Below, piece by piece: positions 1 through 10,718 of a stretch of 64,000 nucleotides of DNA. A program made the position numbers and the translations under genes. Origin of the DNA: an uncultured Campylobacter sp. (lineage in GTDB: Bacteria; Campylobacterota; Campylobacteria; Campylobacterales; Campylobacteraceae); assembly GCA_963528285.1 (NCBI GenBank), contig CAURVK010000002.1:2326-66325 (forward strand), given 5' to 3'. The notes beneath the pieces are model-generated. The model was not told the DNA's origin. It saw only the letters and a program-made list of their open reading frames with translations, and searched no databases. Within the stretch, counting starts at the first letter, position 1. Each line of letters starts with the position of its first letter.

Positions 1-84
1 CCTTTTTTCGCCCCCTTTTTTACGATAGCATTATCAGTATGAAATCTTTTTGATTTTAGATCCAAAATTTATAAGGAGGGCGCA

Positions 85-2151
85 ATGAGGAATTTAAGTA
101 AAACCTTATTAGGTTTGCTTATGGGCGTTAGCGTCTTCGCATCGCAAGCCTGTTGCGAAGAACACAACATGCAGATGTCTCAACAAGCGCGAGACGTCAT
201 AGCAAACCCAAAAGGTACGCTTCAAAGTAGAGGCGTAATATCCTTGCAAGACTACATCGTAGAAGAGCAAGAGATGTATGAGTGGCTGTTTAAAAACCAC
301 CCGATTTTCACAAAATACGGCGGTAAAACAGTCGGTAAATTAGACGTTCACGACCGTGGACTTGAGTGGCTTGCCGAAGGTCACGGCTTTGACATGTCAA
401 AAGCTAGTAAAAGAGACGGCGGTAAAGGCTACAGCTCTATGATGTATAGGATACCTGCGGGTTCGTCTTTGCAGTTTCCTAACAAATTCGTAGGATCCGA
501 AAAGTGCGGCGAGTGCCACCCTGCGCAGTACGAGGTATGGAGCAGATCGCGCCACGCTACTACTATCCGCTTCCCTGGCGAGCACCCTGAGGTTAACAAC
601 AACCTAACCGATCCGGTATTTAGCCCGGATACGGCGTCTATCTTGCCTCAAGGTATTACTCCGGACGTTATTTACGCGACAGTCGGACACCTAAGAACCA
701 AATTTGGCTTCGTCGATGCGTGGCTACTACGCGGTACTTACCATATCGAAGGCGGTAACCTAAAAGACGGCACGGGTCAAGTCGTAGCCGGCGGTAACCA
801 ATTCCAAAGAACTTGGGCGTTAAATTTAACTCCTGAAACGGTTAAGAAAATCAAAGATTTTGTTCCTGATTTTCCGGAAACTCTAGCTGATTACGGCGAT
901 AACGGCGGATACGTCAGAGGTCTAGCCTCATATGCCGCTAAATACAAAAAGTCAATGTTCTTCCAAGCAAACGGTTCTTACTGCGAAGTTTGCCACCCGT
1001 TCAAATTTGACTTTAAAACTAAGAAAGAGTTCTATGCGGCTCTTGGTAATGCCAAAGAGCTTCAAAAACACACTATCTCTAAAGGCGTAAGCTGCGAGGA
1101 GTGTCACGGAGCCGGCGGTCACCTTGACGGAGCTACAAACTTTAGAACATCAAACTGCGAACGCTGTCACCAAAGATTTAACTATAGCCCAGACCTAGCT
1201 AGAGCCAATCCTCTAAACCAAGGCAAGCTTGACCTATCTCTAAGCTCTAAATTTAAATCAATGGGACCAGGATGCGGATCTGAGGGTTCACAATCATACT
1301 TTACCGCTCACTACGATAAAGGTATGCGCTGCACCACTTGCCACGATCCTCACGATAACACAGGTCCGGTTGTAGGCGATAAGACTATCAAAGGCGTAAA
1401 CTATAACTCAGAGCAAGGCTACCTAAGTGCGCTTTACACTAAACCAAAAATCAGAAAAGATTGTCAAGATTGCCACAAAGAGCAAGCATACATCGCTTCT
1501 AGAGCCGATACGCACAAAGATAACACTTGCGCATCTTGCCACATGCCGTTCATGATGAGCTGCGAGAACTTCTACGCTATCCAGTTCCAAGACAACGCTG
1601 GATTTGATACTCAAAGAAGATCTCACATCTGGAAGATCGACGTAGATCCTGCTAGAAAATCTCTAGTTGCGGGCGACGCGGCTAAAGGACCGAGAGACAC
1701 TAAAGATTGGCACTTCCAAAGAGATAAAAACGGACATAACTTCGTTGACCTTATGTGGGCGTGCGCTAGAACGTCTTGGGCGGATAAAGATATGCAAGAT
1801 ACTAAAGGTTGCCACAGCCCTGTTTTATCTGAGCTAAAACCTACCCTACACTTCAAGAACCAAAAACAGGTTTATGACGAAGTAATGGGATGGCAAACTC
1901 CTGTTAAAAACGACTTCTCTCAAGTCAAAATCGGTATTGAGGGACTTTATGCTATCTTAGAAACTAAGAAACTAAGCCCTAGCGATAAGACGAGAGTTTA
2001 TGAGCTAATCGAAAAAGCGCAAGACACTGTCGACTTGCTACAAAAAGACGGCTCATGGGGTATGCACGGCTTTAAATATACAAAACAAAGACTCGACGCT
2101 TCTAAAGAGTACATCAAAGAAGCCCAAAGAATCATAAACAACAATTTATGA
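85..2151 (+). CDS. mccA: Octaheme cytochrome c sulfite reductase MccA/SirA
   Basis: Signal peptide; seven CxxCH motifs (CGECH, CEVCH, CEECH, CERCH, CTTCH, CQDCH, CASCH) plus CX15CH (C-ARTSWADKDMQDTKG-CH); GPGCGS and MMSCEN cysteines resemble the Cu ligands; AAGGAGG RBS. Confidence 0.95.
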   Translation: MRNLSKTLLGLLMGVSVFASQACCEEHNMQMSQQARDVIANPKGTLQSRGVISLQDYIVEEQEMYEWLFKNHPIFTKYGGKTVGKLDVHDRGLEWLAEGHGFDMSKASKRDGGKGYSSMMYRIPAGSSLQFPNKFVGSEKCGECHPAQYEVWSRSRHATTIRFPGEHPEVNNNLTDPVFSPDTASILPQGITPDVIYATVGHLRTKFGFVDAWLLRGTYHIEGGNLKDGTGQVVAGGNQFQRTWALNLTPETVKKIKDFVPDFPETLADYGDNGGYVRGLASYAAKYKKSMFFQANGSYCEVCHPFKFDFKTKKEFYAALGNAKELQKHTISKGVSCEECHGAGGHLDGATNFRTSNCERCHQRFNYSPDLARANPLNQGKLDLSLSSKFKSMGPGCGSEGSQSYFTAHYDKGMRCTTCHDPHDNTGPVVGDKTIKGVNYNSEQGYLSALYTKPKIRKDCQDCHKEQAYIASRADTHKDNTCASCHMPFMMSCENFYAIQFQDNAGFDTQRRSHIWKIDVDPARKSLVAGDAAKGPRDTKDWHFQRDKNGHNFVDLMWACARTSWADKDMQDTKGCHSPVLSELKPTLHFKNQKQVYDEVMGWQTPVKNDFSQVKIGIEGLYAILETKKLSPSDKTRVYELIEKAQDTVDLLQKDGSWGMHGFKYTKQRLDASKEYIKEAQRIINNNL

Positions 2152-2160
2152 TGCGATTAC

Positions 2161-2184
2161 GGACGCCGCGCTTTTGCGGCGTCC
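2161..2184 (+). terminator. GC-rich stem-loop after mccA (terminator or mRNA-stabilising hairpin)
   Basis: GGACGCCGC-GCTTTT-GCGGCGTCC perfect 9-bp inverted repeat. Confidence 0.65.
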
Positions 2185-2205
2185 AAATTTAATAAGGTAA
2201 AATTT

Positions 2206-3018
2206 ATGCGTTTTAAACTTAGCAAAAACCCGCTTTTAGCTCTTTGCCTAACGGCCGGCTGCGTTTTGTGCGCAAGCGCGGCAGATAAAGAGGCGATGAC
2301 GCAAGAGCAAAAAGAATCATACAGTATCGGAATTTCAACCGGAACCTATATCTCCGAACAACTAAAAAAACAAGAAAGCCTAGGCGTTAAATTTGACAGC
2401 AAGTCCATTTTAGACGGCTTTGCCGACGCCTTTAAAAAAGAACAAAAACTAACGGACGAAGAAATAATCTCCCTACTTAATCAAAAGGATGAAAAATTAA
2501 ATAAGCTAACCCAAAACGCGCTAAAAAAAGCGCTTGAAAAAAATTTAAAAGAGGGCGAAGAATTTATGGCGAAAAACGCCAAAAACAAAAAGGTCAAAAC
2601 GACTAAATCAGGGCTTCAGTACGAAGTCATAGCCGTCGGCGACGGCGACAAGCCAAGGCCTGAGAGCGTAGTCGCGCTAAACTATAAAGCCTACCTCATA
2701 AACGGCAAAGTTTTTGACGACACGTACTCTAGAAACGAGCCTGCGATCCTTTCTATGGTAAATTTGATAGACGGCTTGCAAGAGGGCCTCATGATGATGA
2801 ACGGTAACTCAAAATATAAATTCGTCATCCCGTCTCACCTAGCTTACGGAGATGAGGGCGCAGACGAGATACCAGGCGGCTCGACGCTGATTTTTGAAGT
2901 CGAGTTAGTAAAGGCGCTAAAACCTGGCGAGCTAGCCGGCGCAGCCAAAAAACTAAGCGAAACTCAGCCGCGAAATTTCCATGGCGCGCATAGCCACGGA
3001 AGTAGCGTTGGTAGATAA
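2206..3018 (+). CDS. mccB: FKBP-type peptidyl-prolyl isomerase (FkpA-like, MccB)
   Basis: Signal peptide; SYSIG N-domain; TKSGLQYEV, YKAYLINGKVFD, IPSHLAYG, TLIFEVEL FKBP motifs; position after mccA. Confidence 0.88.
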   Translation: MRFKLSKNPLLALCLTAGCVLCASAADKEAMTQEQKESYSIGISTGTYISEQLKKQESLGVKFDSKSILDGFADAFKKEQKLTDEEIISLLNQKDEKLNKLTQNALKKALEKNLKEGEEFMAKNAKNKKVKTTKSGLQYEVIAVGDGDKPRPESVVALNYKAYLINGKVFDDTYSRNEPAILSMVNLIDGLQEGLMMMNGNSKYKFVIPSHLAYGDEGADEIPGGSTLIFEVELVKALKPGELAGAAKKLSETQPRNFHGAHSHGSSVGR

Positions 3019-3054
3019 ATTTAGGATATTTAATCCATACGGATGGAGAAGAAT

Positions 3055-3738
3055 ATGAAAGAGCAAAATACAAGAAGGACGTTTTTTAAATTCCTTGCTT
3101 CGGGCGCGGCGGTTGCGGGAGCGACTAGCGTACTGGGCAAGAGTATAAATTTAGACGCCCCTACGGAAAACGGCAAAAAGCCGCACTACGGCATGATCTT
3201 TGATCAGAACAAATGCGTCGGCTGTACCGACTGCGAGGTCGCCTGCCAAAAGATAAATTTGGTCCCAAAAGGCCAGATGAGGCTTTTTATCCAGGATAAA
3301 ACCGATCCGCTAAATTTGAAAGAAAAGCGCTATGTCAGAGTTTCCTGCCAGCAGTGCGAGGATGCGCCGTGCGTGACCGTATGTCCTACAAAAGCCTGTC
3401 ACAAGGACGAAAAAACAGGTATCACGACGATGAACACCGACGACTGTATCGCCTGTAAATACTGCATCGTAGCCTGTCCTTACGACGTGCGCTTCATAAA
3501 CCACGAAACAAGAGCCGCAGAGAGCTGCAACTTCTGCTTGGATACGAATTTAAAAGACGGCCACGAGCCGGCCTGCATCGAGGCGTGCAGATACGAGGCG
3601 ATCGTATTTGGCGATCTAAACGACGAAAACTCGCACATCAGCCAGCTACTTCGCGTAAAAGACAGCCTGCGCATGCATCCTGAGTGCGGCACGAAGCCGA
3701 GCCTGCGCTATATTCCTGCGGTTAAATTGGGGGTGTGA
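3055..3738 (+). CDS. mccC: Tat-exported 4Fe-4S ferredoxin MccC (NrfC/PsrB family)
   Basis: RRTFFK twin-arginine signal; CVGCTDC, CQQCEDAPC, CIACKYC, CNFC clusters; ATG 3055 follows GGAG. Confidence 0.9.
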   Translation: MKEQNTRRTFFKFLASGAAVAGATSVLGKSINLDAPTENGKKPHYGMIFDQNKCVGCTDCEVACQKINLVPKGQMRLFIQDKTDPLNLKEKRYVRVSCQQCEDAPCVTVCPTKACHKDEKTGITTMNTDDCIACKYCIVACPYDVRFINHETRAAESCNFCLDTNLKDGHEPACIEACRYEAIVFGDLNDENSHISQLLRVKDSLRMHPECGTKPSLRYIPAVKLGV

Positions 3739-3739
3739 T

Positions 3740-4711
3740 ATGAACGGAGCTATAAATTTCACTGCGACCTTCTCGCACGGCGTAGAGTGGGGCTGGCCAA
3801 TCGCGGTCTATCTTTTGCTAGCGGGTATGAGCGGCGGCGCTTTGATAGTCGCGATCCTCGTCAAATTTTACAAAAAACAGACCGAAAGCACGCCGCTATT
3901 TAAAGCTGCATCATTGCTATCTTTCGTCACGATTTTGCTCGGTATGGTCTGCCTGGTAGCCGATCTTGAGCGACCGCTACTTTTCTGGAAAATTTTGATC
4001 AACTACAACTTCACCTCGGTTATGTCCGTGGGCGTGGCGGCGCTTTGCGTCTATATCCCGCTTAGCTTTGTGGCTTGCCTTTATGCGTTTGAAGATTGCC
4101 TAAGAGAGTTTTTGACGCGCAATCTTAGCTTTCTAAAAGGCCTTTTCGAGCTTGTGATGAAAATCGTAAATGCGCTTCGTCCGCTGCTTCTTGCGCTCAC
4201 GCTTCTTTTTGCGGTTGCGATCTGCGCCTATACGGGCTTTTTGATCTCAATTTTAGTTAGATTTCCTATCCTTAATACCGCCGTTTTACCTGCGCTTTTC
4301 GTGGCGTCGGGCTTATCGGCTGGTATCGCAGGCTCAAGCCTGATAGCCGCGCTTTTCTTTAAAGCTGAGCTGCACGGAGGCGATCTAAAAACCCTACACG
4401 CAGTCGAGTGGCCGGTTTTAGCGATGGAAATTTTACTAATCGGCATGATTTTCGTCTCGCTCATCACCGGAAGCGACGTACAAAAAGCCGCGAGCGTCGC
4501 ATTTAGCGAGGGCGTTTACGCTCAGCTATTTTGGCTAGGCGTCGTGGGCGTAGGATTTTGCGTACCGCTAGTTTTAAATTTCGCACTGGGCAAAAAGATC
4601 GCTCACACCGCGTTTGCGTTCTACGTTAGCGCGCTTGCTAGCGTGGTCGGAGTATTACTTCTTAGAATGTTTATACTATACGCAGGTCAAACTTACGATA
4701 TAATAATGTAA
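3740..4711 (+). CDS. mccD: NrfD/PsrC-family quinol dehydrogenase membrane subunit MccD
   Basis: WGWPIAVYLLLAG, DLERP, YTGFL motifs; many TM helices. Confidence 0.9.
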   Translation: MNGAINFTATFSHGVEWGWPIAVYLLLAGMSGGALIVAILVKFYKKQTESTPLFKAASLLSFVTILLGMVCLVADLERPLLFWKILINYNFTSVMSVGVAALCVYIPLSFVACLYAFEDCLREFLTRNLSFLKGLFELVMKIVNALRPLLLALTLLFAVAICAYTGFLISILVRFPILNTAVLPALFVASGLSAGIAGSSLIAALFFKAELHGGDLKTLHAVEWPVLAMEILLIGMIFVSLITGSDVQKAASVAFSEGVYAQLFWLGVVGVGFCVPLVLNFALGKKIAHTAFAFYVSALASVVGVLLLRMFILYAGQTYDIIM

Positions 4712-4729
4712 AAAACTCGGAGAGCGATT

Positions 4730-7426
4730 TTGGGCGTAAATTTTTTTAGATTTTTAACTTCTTACAAATTTGCGCTCTGCCTCCTCTTTATCCTAGCCGC
4801 AGGCGCTGGCATCGCAACCTTTTTAGAGAGCATCTACGACACCCAAACGGCTAAAATTTTAGTCTATGAGGCGCGCTGGTACGAGTGCGTCATGGGCGCT
4901 GCGACGCTGAGCCTGCTAGGAATAATCATAAAAACCAAAATGTGGCGCCGCTTTGGCTCCTTCGTCCTTCACGCGGCATTTATCGTTATCTTTATCGGTG
5001 CGGCGCTGACGCGCTATTTCGGCACCGAGGGCGTACTGCACGTAAGGGCCGGCGAGAGCGGAAACGAGATGGTGAGCGTAAAACCGTTTTTGCAAATACG
5101 CACCAAAGACGCATTTTTCGAGTATCCGCTAAATTTAACCCAAATCGGCGATAATAATTTTAGCTTCACGCAAAGTATAAATTCCAAAAACTTCACCGTC
5201 AAATTTGACTCCTATAAACCTGCACCCAAAGGCGAGCGCGGCACTCTCGTAGTAAAAGCCGGTTTCGAAGGGCAGCGCGAACAAACAGCTAAAATCCACG
5301 GCGGCGTAGGCTGGCTTGGCGAGCCTAGTATGCTAAATTTTGACGGCGAGGAGATAATGCTAACCTGGGGCTCAAAGCTAGTTAGCTTGCCGTTTTCGAT
5401 AAAGCTTATTAAATTTGAGCTTGAGCGCTACCCCGGCTCGCAAAGCCCGTCCTCATACTCTAGCGAAGTAGAGGCGCTCTCTGACGCGGGCGAGATTTTG
5501 GCAAAGTATAAAATTTACATGAATCACCCGCTAAATTTGCAAGGTTTTAAGCTCTTTCAGTCCTCCTATGACACGGACGAGCAAGGCACGGTACTAGAGG
5601 TTAACCGCGACCCGGGCAAAATTCCGACCTATATCGGATATTTCTTGCTTTGCGTCGGAGTCATCGGCAACTTTTTTACTAAAAATAGCCGATTTTTAAA
5701 GCTCATAAATTTCATAAAAAACAGCCGTTTTTCTCTCGTCGTGGCGTTTATCGCGCTTGGTTTTTTAAATTTTAATACAAACGCGGCCGAGCAAAATGAG
5801 GGCGAGATTTTAAAAACTTTCGCCGCAAACACCGCCGCTCACGCTAACGGCGAATTTGCAAAGCTACTAGTGCAAGACTACGCGGGCAGGATAAAGCCGC
5901 TAAGCACCGAAGCGGGCGAGATCGTAAATAAAATCTCGGGCACAGACTCGCTTTATGGCCTAAGCGCCGAACAAATGGTGCTTGGGATGAATATAAACCC
6001 CGCGCTCTGGCAAGAGATCAAAATCGTCAAGATAAAAAACGGCGAAATCAAAAAAATGCTAAATTTGAGCGGAGATTACGCGAGTTTCAGAGATGCGTTT
6101 GATGCAAACGGCGAGTATAAACTAGCCGCGCAGGTCGAAGCCGCAAACGAAAAACCGCTCTCTAAACGAGGCACGCTCGATAACGACCTCATCAAATTTG
6201 ACGAGCGACTAAACATCGCGTATCTCACGTTTAAGGGCACGTTTTTTAAATTTATCCCGGCAGCAAACGACCCGCAACACGCTTGGCTCTCGCCAAACGA
6301 CGCATTTAGCGACGAGCGAGTCGCTCTGGACGCAAAAAACATGCTAAACGACTACCTCATGGGGCTGCAAGAGGGCATCGCGGATAACGACTGGAGTAAG
6401 GCCGACTCCACGCTAGCCGCGCTAAGAAACTACCAGCGAACGGCTTCGGCGAAAATTTTACCTAGCGTTAGCAGAGTCGATGCCGAGGTCTTTTATAACC
6501 GCGCTTCGGTGTTTAAAAAGCTGGTTTATTTCTACTGGATTTTGGGTTTTGCCGCGCTTGCGCTAGGACTTGCGTCCGTATTTTTATCAAGGCGAATTTT
6601 ACCGCTTGAGCGAGCGATTTTAGCGGCGTTTGCGCTAGGATTTGCCATGCATACGGCAGCTTTAGCTCTGCGTTGGTACGTCTCAGGACACGCGCCCTGG
6701 AGCGACTCGTACGAATCAATGATCTATATCGGCTGGTCCGGAGCGCTAGCGGGGATGATATTTTTTAGGCGTTCGCTGCTTGCGCTTGCGGCGGCTGCGC
6801 TGCTGGCCGGCATCGTGATGCTGGTGGCTCACATGAGCTTCGTAAATCCGCAGATTACCAACCTTGTGCCGGTACTAAAGTCATATTGGCTCAGTATCCA
6901 CGTATCGGTTATCACGGCTAGCTACGGATTTTTGGGCCTTGGTTGTGTACTGGGTCTTATCGCGCTAGGGCTTATGGCGTTTAAAAACAAAGCTAGCGAA
7001 GCTCGGTTAAACGAGCAGATCAGATATATCGCGGCGATCGATGAAGCAAGCCTCATCATCGGTCTTTGCTTACTAACGCTTGGAAATTTTTTCGGCGGAA
7101 TCTGGGCGAACGAGAGCTGGGGGCGCTACTGGGGCTGGGATAGCAAGGAGACTTGGTCGTACGTCTCGATCCTAGTTTACGCGATCGCGCTGCATCTGCG
7201 CTTTATACCGAAGCTAAATTCACTCTACGTATTTTTGATCGCATCGGTGTTTTCTTACGCTTCGATCGCGATGACTTATTTTGGCGTAAATTTTTACCTA
7301 ACAGGCATGCACTCTTACGCCAGCGGAGATTTGCCGCCGGTGCACATTAGCGTCTATATCGCGCTTGGCTGCATGCTTTTGATAACCGCGCTAGCCTTTA
7401 GAGGGCGCGACGTAAAAACGATTTAA
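4730..7426 (+). CDS. ccsA1: System II cytochrome c synthase (CcsBA fusion), probably dedicated to the CX15CH site
   Basis: ResB-like N-half; WGRYWGWDSKETW (WWD domain); YWLSIHV, GMHSYA; TTG start. Confidence 0.88.
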   Translation: MGVNFFRFLTSYKFALCLLFILAAGAGIATFLESIYDTQTAKILVYEARWYECVMGAATLSLLGIIIKTKMWRRFGSFVLHAAFIVIFIGAALTRYFGTEGVLHVRAGESGNEMVSVKPFLQIRTKDAFFEYPLNLTQIGDNNFSFTQSINSKNFTVKFDSYKPAPKGERGTLVVKAGFEGQREQTAKIHGGVGWLGEPSMLNFDGEEIMLTWGSKLVSLPFSIKLIKFELERYPGSQSPSSYSSEVEALSDAGEILAKYKIYMNHPLNLQGFKLFQSSYDTDEQGTVLEVNRDPGKIPTYIGYFLLCVGVIGNFFTKNSRFLKLINFIKNSRFSLVVAFIALGFLNFNTNAAEQNEGEILKTFAANTAAHANGEFAKLLVQDYAGRIKPLSTEAGEIVNKISGTDSLYGLSAEQMVLGMNINPALWQEIKIVKIKNGEIKKMLNLSGDYASFRDAFDANGEYKLAAQVEAANEKPLSKRGTLDNDLIKFDERLNIAYLTFKGTFFKFIPAANDPQHAWLSPNDAFSDERVALDAKNMLNDYLMGLQEGIADNDWSKADSTLAALRNYQRTASAKILPSVSRVDAEVFYNRASVFKKLVYFYWILGFAALALGLASVFLSRRILPLERAILAAFALGFAMHTAALALRWYVSGHAPWSDSYESMIYIGWSGALAGMIFFRRSLLALAAAALLAGIVMLVAHMSFVNPQITNLVPVLKSYWLSIHVSVITASYGFLGLGCVLGLIALGLMAFKNKASEARLNEQIRYIAAIDEASLIIGLCLLTLGNFFGGIWANESWGRYWGWDSKETWSYVSILVYAIALHLRFIPKLNSLYVFLIASVFSYASIAMTYFGVNFYLTGMHSYASGDLPPVHISVYIALGCMLLITALAFRGRDVKTI

Positions 7427-7437
7427 AAGGAGAAAAA

Positions 7438-8283
7438 ATGTATAAAAAACTACTAATGGCGGCGGTTTTATGCGCTAGCGCAAACGCAGGCTTTATCCAG
7501 GAGGGCATGCAAGCTCAGCAAAGCGGCGACCATAAAAAACTCATCGAAATCTACGAAAAAGCCTGCCACGAGGAAAACAAGGCTTCTGGTTGCTATAACC
7601 TTGCAGTGGTGTATTTCGAAGGCACTGGCGGCGTGGAGAAAAACTACGAAAAGGCGATAAATTTATACCAAAAAGCTTGCAACGCCAAATTTGCGCTTGC
7701 CTGCAATAACCTAGGCTACATCTACGAAAGTGGCAACGGAGCGACTCAGGACTTTGCTAAAGCAGCCGCATACTACGAAAAAGCCTGCCAAGATGACGAA
7801 GGCTGCACCGCGCTAGGACTTCTTTACGCAAACGGAGCGGGCGTCAAAACCGATATCAAAAAGGCGATCTCGCTCTATACCAAAGCCTGCAACTACGGCG
7901 ATATGATGGGCTGCAATAACCTAGGCTACCTGCACCTTGAGGGCATGGGCGTAGAAAAAGACTACGCTAAAGCAAAATCATTTTACGAAAAAGCCTGCGC
8001 GGGTGGCGTCGGTATCGGCTGCGACAACCTCGGCTTTTTATATGCATTCGGCCAAGGCACAGAGCAAGACTACGTCAAAGCTAAAGAATTTTACGAAAAA
8101 TCATGCGCCCTAAACTATGACAAAGGCTGCAACAACCTAGCTATAATGTACGCCGAGGGCAAAGGCGTCGCGGCCGATGTCGCTAAGGCTAAAGAGCTCT
8201 TTGACAAAAGCTGCGCAAAAGGCCTAAAAGTCGCGTGCGAGAATGCGGAGTTTTTAAAACCGGAAACAAATAAAACTAAATAG
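7438..8283 (+). CDS. Secreted Sel1-repeat cysteine-rich protein (Hcp-like)
   Basis: Signal peptide; repeated KAC...GCNNLG..Y..G.GV units. Confidence 0.9.
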   Translation: MYKKLLMAAVLCASANAGFIQEGMQAQQSGDHKKLIEIYEKACHEENKASGCYNLAVVYFEGTGGVEKNYEKAINLYQKACNAKFALACNNLGYIYESGNGATQDFAKAAAYYEKACQDDEGCTALGLLYANGAGVKTDIKKAISLYTKACNYGDMMGCNNLGYLHLEGMGVEKDYAKAKSFYEKACAGGVGIGCDNLGFLYAFGQGTEQDYVKAKEFYEKSCALNYDKGCNNLAIMYAEGKGVAADVAKAKELFDKSCAKGLKVACENAEFLKPETNKTK

Positions 8284-8297
8284 TTTAAGGAGATAAT

Positions 8298-9434
8298 ATG
8301 ATTTTACGTTCTATTTTGGGTTCGGCGCTACTGGCGGCGCTACTTTTCGGCGCCGAAGCAAACGAGCAAGCAGGCAAGATGAAGCCGATGTTTCAAAGCG
8401 TGGATCCAAGCAAAGCTACGCTAGTAGGAAGCGGCGAGGATAAAGAGTACTGCGCCGTTTGCGGGATGAATTTGGTTAAATTTTACAAAACAAACCACGT
8501 TTATAACGGCAAGCAAGTAGCATCACTACACTGCCTATACGAACTAACGGAGGGAAAAATCCCAAGCGACGCGCAGGTCGTGGATACGAAAAATCTAAAT
8601 TTGATCGATGCAAATAAAGCCTTTTACGTCGTCGGCAGCAAAATCGGCGGCACGATGACTAGAAATAGCAAATACGCCTTTTCAACCGAGGCCGACGCAA
8701 AAGAGTTCCAAGCCGAAAACGGCGGCGAGATAATGGACTTTGCCAAAGCATACGAGATCGCGGGACAGGACTTTGAGGGCGATAACAAGATGATCAAAGC
8801 TAAACGCGAGGGCGGCGTTTACGCACACGGTAAGGAATTTTACGAAGCAAACTGCGAGAAAGTCGATCCAAAAAGCTTCAAAGCCATCTCAGAGCTAAAA
8901 GCTCATCTCAAAAAAACATGCGACGCAAAGGGTGCCGGCAAAGCACCTGAATACGACAAACACCTGCAAGCTGCGGCACTTTACCTATGGGACGCTCCGG
9001 CAAATTTAGGCACTAGCGATCAAGCCTCAAAGTCTAAACAAAAAACGCAAAAAGCCGAGAGAATCGTCGTGCCAAAAGGCGCTCGCTGCCCTGTTTGCGG
9101 TATGCTGATCGGCAAAAACCCGCAGTGGGCGACGATGATGAAAACAAGCAAAGAGGAGCTTTACTTTGACGGCGTCAAGGACATGATGAAGTATTATTTT
9201 GAAAAAGGCAAAAAAGACGATCAAATTTATGTTAGCGACTACTACAAGCTAAACAAAATCGACGCCAGAACCGCCTACTACGTAACCGGTTCAAACGTAC
9301 TCGGACCTATGGGCAACGAGCTTATACCGTTTGCTAGCGAAGAGGACGCTAAGACCTTTGCCAAAGATCATGGCGGCAAACAGATCGTCAAATTTGACGA
9401 GATCACGACTCTTTTAGTAGAGAGGCTGATGTGA
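8298..9434 (+). CDS. Tandem NosL-domain copper chaperone (MccL-like)
   Basis: Signal peptide; CAVCGM and CPVCGM motifs; YYVTGSNVLGPMG and DAKTFAKDHGG. Confidence 0.82.
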   Translation: MILRSILGSALLAALLFGAEANEQAGKMKPMFQSVDPSKATLVGSGEDKEYCAVCGMNLVKFYKTNHVYNGKQVASLHCLYELTEGKIPSDAQVVDTKNLNLIDANKAFYVVGSKIGGTMTRNSKYAFSTEADAKEFQAENGGEIMDFAKAYEIAGQDFEGDNKMIKAKREGGVYAHGKEFYEANCEKVDPKSFKAISELKAHLKKTCDAKGAGKAPEYDKHLQAAALYLWDAPANLGTSDQASKSKQKTQKAERIVVPKGARCPVCGMLIGKNPQWATMMKTSKEELYFDGVKDMMKYYFEKGKKDDQIYVSDYYKLNKIDARTAYYVTGSNVLGPMGNELIPFASEEDAKTFAKDHGGKQIVKFDEITTLLVERLM

Positions 9435-9619
9435 GACTCATCTGCGTTTTAGCGGGCTTTTTTGCGATTCTTTACGTTTGTATCGGAGCGCATTACCTTG
9501 GCTTTGATAGAGCAGGCAAGGAAGCCCAGCTAAATTTGATCCAAAAATCCGTCAAAGACGCGCAAATTTCGACGAATTTTATTTCAAAAGAGTATGGGAA
9601 GTTTGTCTATGCCGAGTAA
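9431..9619 (+). CDS. Small membrane-anchored hypothetical protein
   Basis: GTGA overlap with upstream stop; hydrophobic N-terminus; in operon. Confidence 0.65.
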   Translation: MRLICVLAGFFAILYVCIGAHYLGFDRAGKEAQLNLIQKSVKDAQISTNFISKEYGKFVYAE

Positions 9620-10718
9620 AAATTTTATCGATTACGCCGTTACGCTGCTCTATAAAGACCGCGCCGATCACGCTTTTAGCTTTTTTATCTTCGCTTTTAT
9701 CGTGTTTATCTTAAGCGCGGTTCTTTTTGTCTCAAGCTCTATCCAAAGCGACCTTACAAATTTGATCCGCTCAAAGCCAGAAGTCGTCGTCGAGGCTCTG
9801 CGCGCGGGCAAACGCGACCTGATACACGACGGCTACATCTATGACGTCTCAAAGATCCCAGGCGTTGCTAGCGTCGAGGGAGCGGTCGAGGGAGAGTATT
9901 ATTTCGCGCAAAAAAGAGTCTGGTTTCGCATCGTCGGCGATGAAAATTTGGACGAAAACGAGATGATCGTTGGCGAAGGCGTAAAAAAAGAGATGGCGGA
10001 GCTTTATTACGAGGATGTTTTTAACTTTTTAACCGAAGAAAAAATGATCCCGATAAAGATCAACAAAACCGCACCGCATGAAACAGGCATCGTCTCAAAC
10101 GACGTTATCTATATGAATCCAGCTACCGCGCGCGAGGTACTAAGTCTAAAGGAGGGCGAATACACGAGGCTCTACGTCGAGGTGCCAAACGTCAACGAGA
10201 TCAGTGAAGTGGCTCTAAAGATCCAAAACGTCTATCCGAACACCGAGGTTACGAGCATCGAGGACGGAGTAGCCAAAATAAGGCACCTTTACTACTACAA
10301 AGGCGGCATTTTCATGGTGCTTTACGTCGTGGCGATGGTTTCGTTTTTCATCCTGCTGAAAAATCAAATTTCGCTCGCTTACGGCGAGAAGAAAAAGGAG
10401 ATCGCGATATTGCGCAGTATCGGCTTTAGCGTGAGAAATATCATCGCGCTTAAATTTATCCAAAACATCGTCGTTTCTTTTAGCGCCTATTTGCTAGGCG
10501 TTGCGGGAGCGTATCTATACGTGTTTTTGTTCGGCGCGCCGTTTTTACGCGATATATTTTTGGGCAGCGAGGTGGCAAATTTTACGGATTTCACGCCGAT
10601 AATAGACTTTAATATGCTATTTTTGATCTTTGTTTTTAGCGTGATTCCGTTTTTGGCATTCGTCATCATCCCGTCGTGGCGTATCGCCGTTAGCGACATG
10701 AGCGAGGCTGTAAAATGA
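9609..10718 (+). CDS. FtsX/MacB/LolE-family ABC transporter permease
   Basis: 1+3 TM layout with periplasmic loop; EKKKEIAILRSIG motif; start may be 9594 or 9609. Confidence 0.85.
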   Translation: MPSKNFIDYAVTLLYKDRADHAFSFFIFAFIVFILSAVLFVSSSIQSDLTNLIRSKPEVVVEALRAGKRDLIHDGYIYDVSKIPGVASVEGAVEGEYYFAQKRVWFRIVGDENLDENEMIVGEGVKKEMAELYYEDVFNFLTEEKMIPIKINKTAPHETGIVSNDVIYMNPATAREVLSLKEGEYTRLYVEVPNVNEISEVALKIQNVYPNTEVTSIEDGVAKIRHLYYYKGGIFMVLYVVAMVSFFILLKNQISLAYGEKKKEIAILRSIGFSVRNIIALKFIQNIVVSFSAYLLGVAGAYLYVFLFGAPFLRDIFLGSEVANFTDFTPIIDFNMLFLIFVFSVIPFLAFVIIPSWRIAVSDMSEAVK

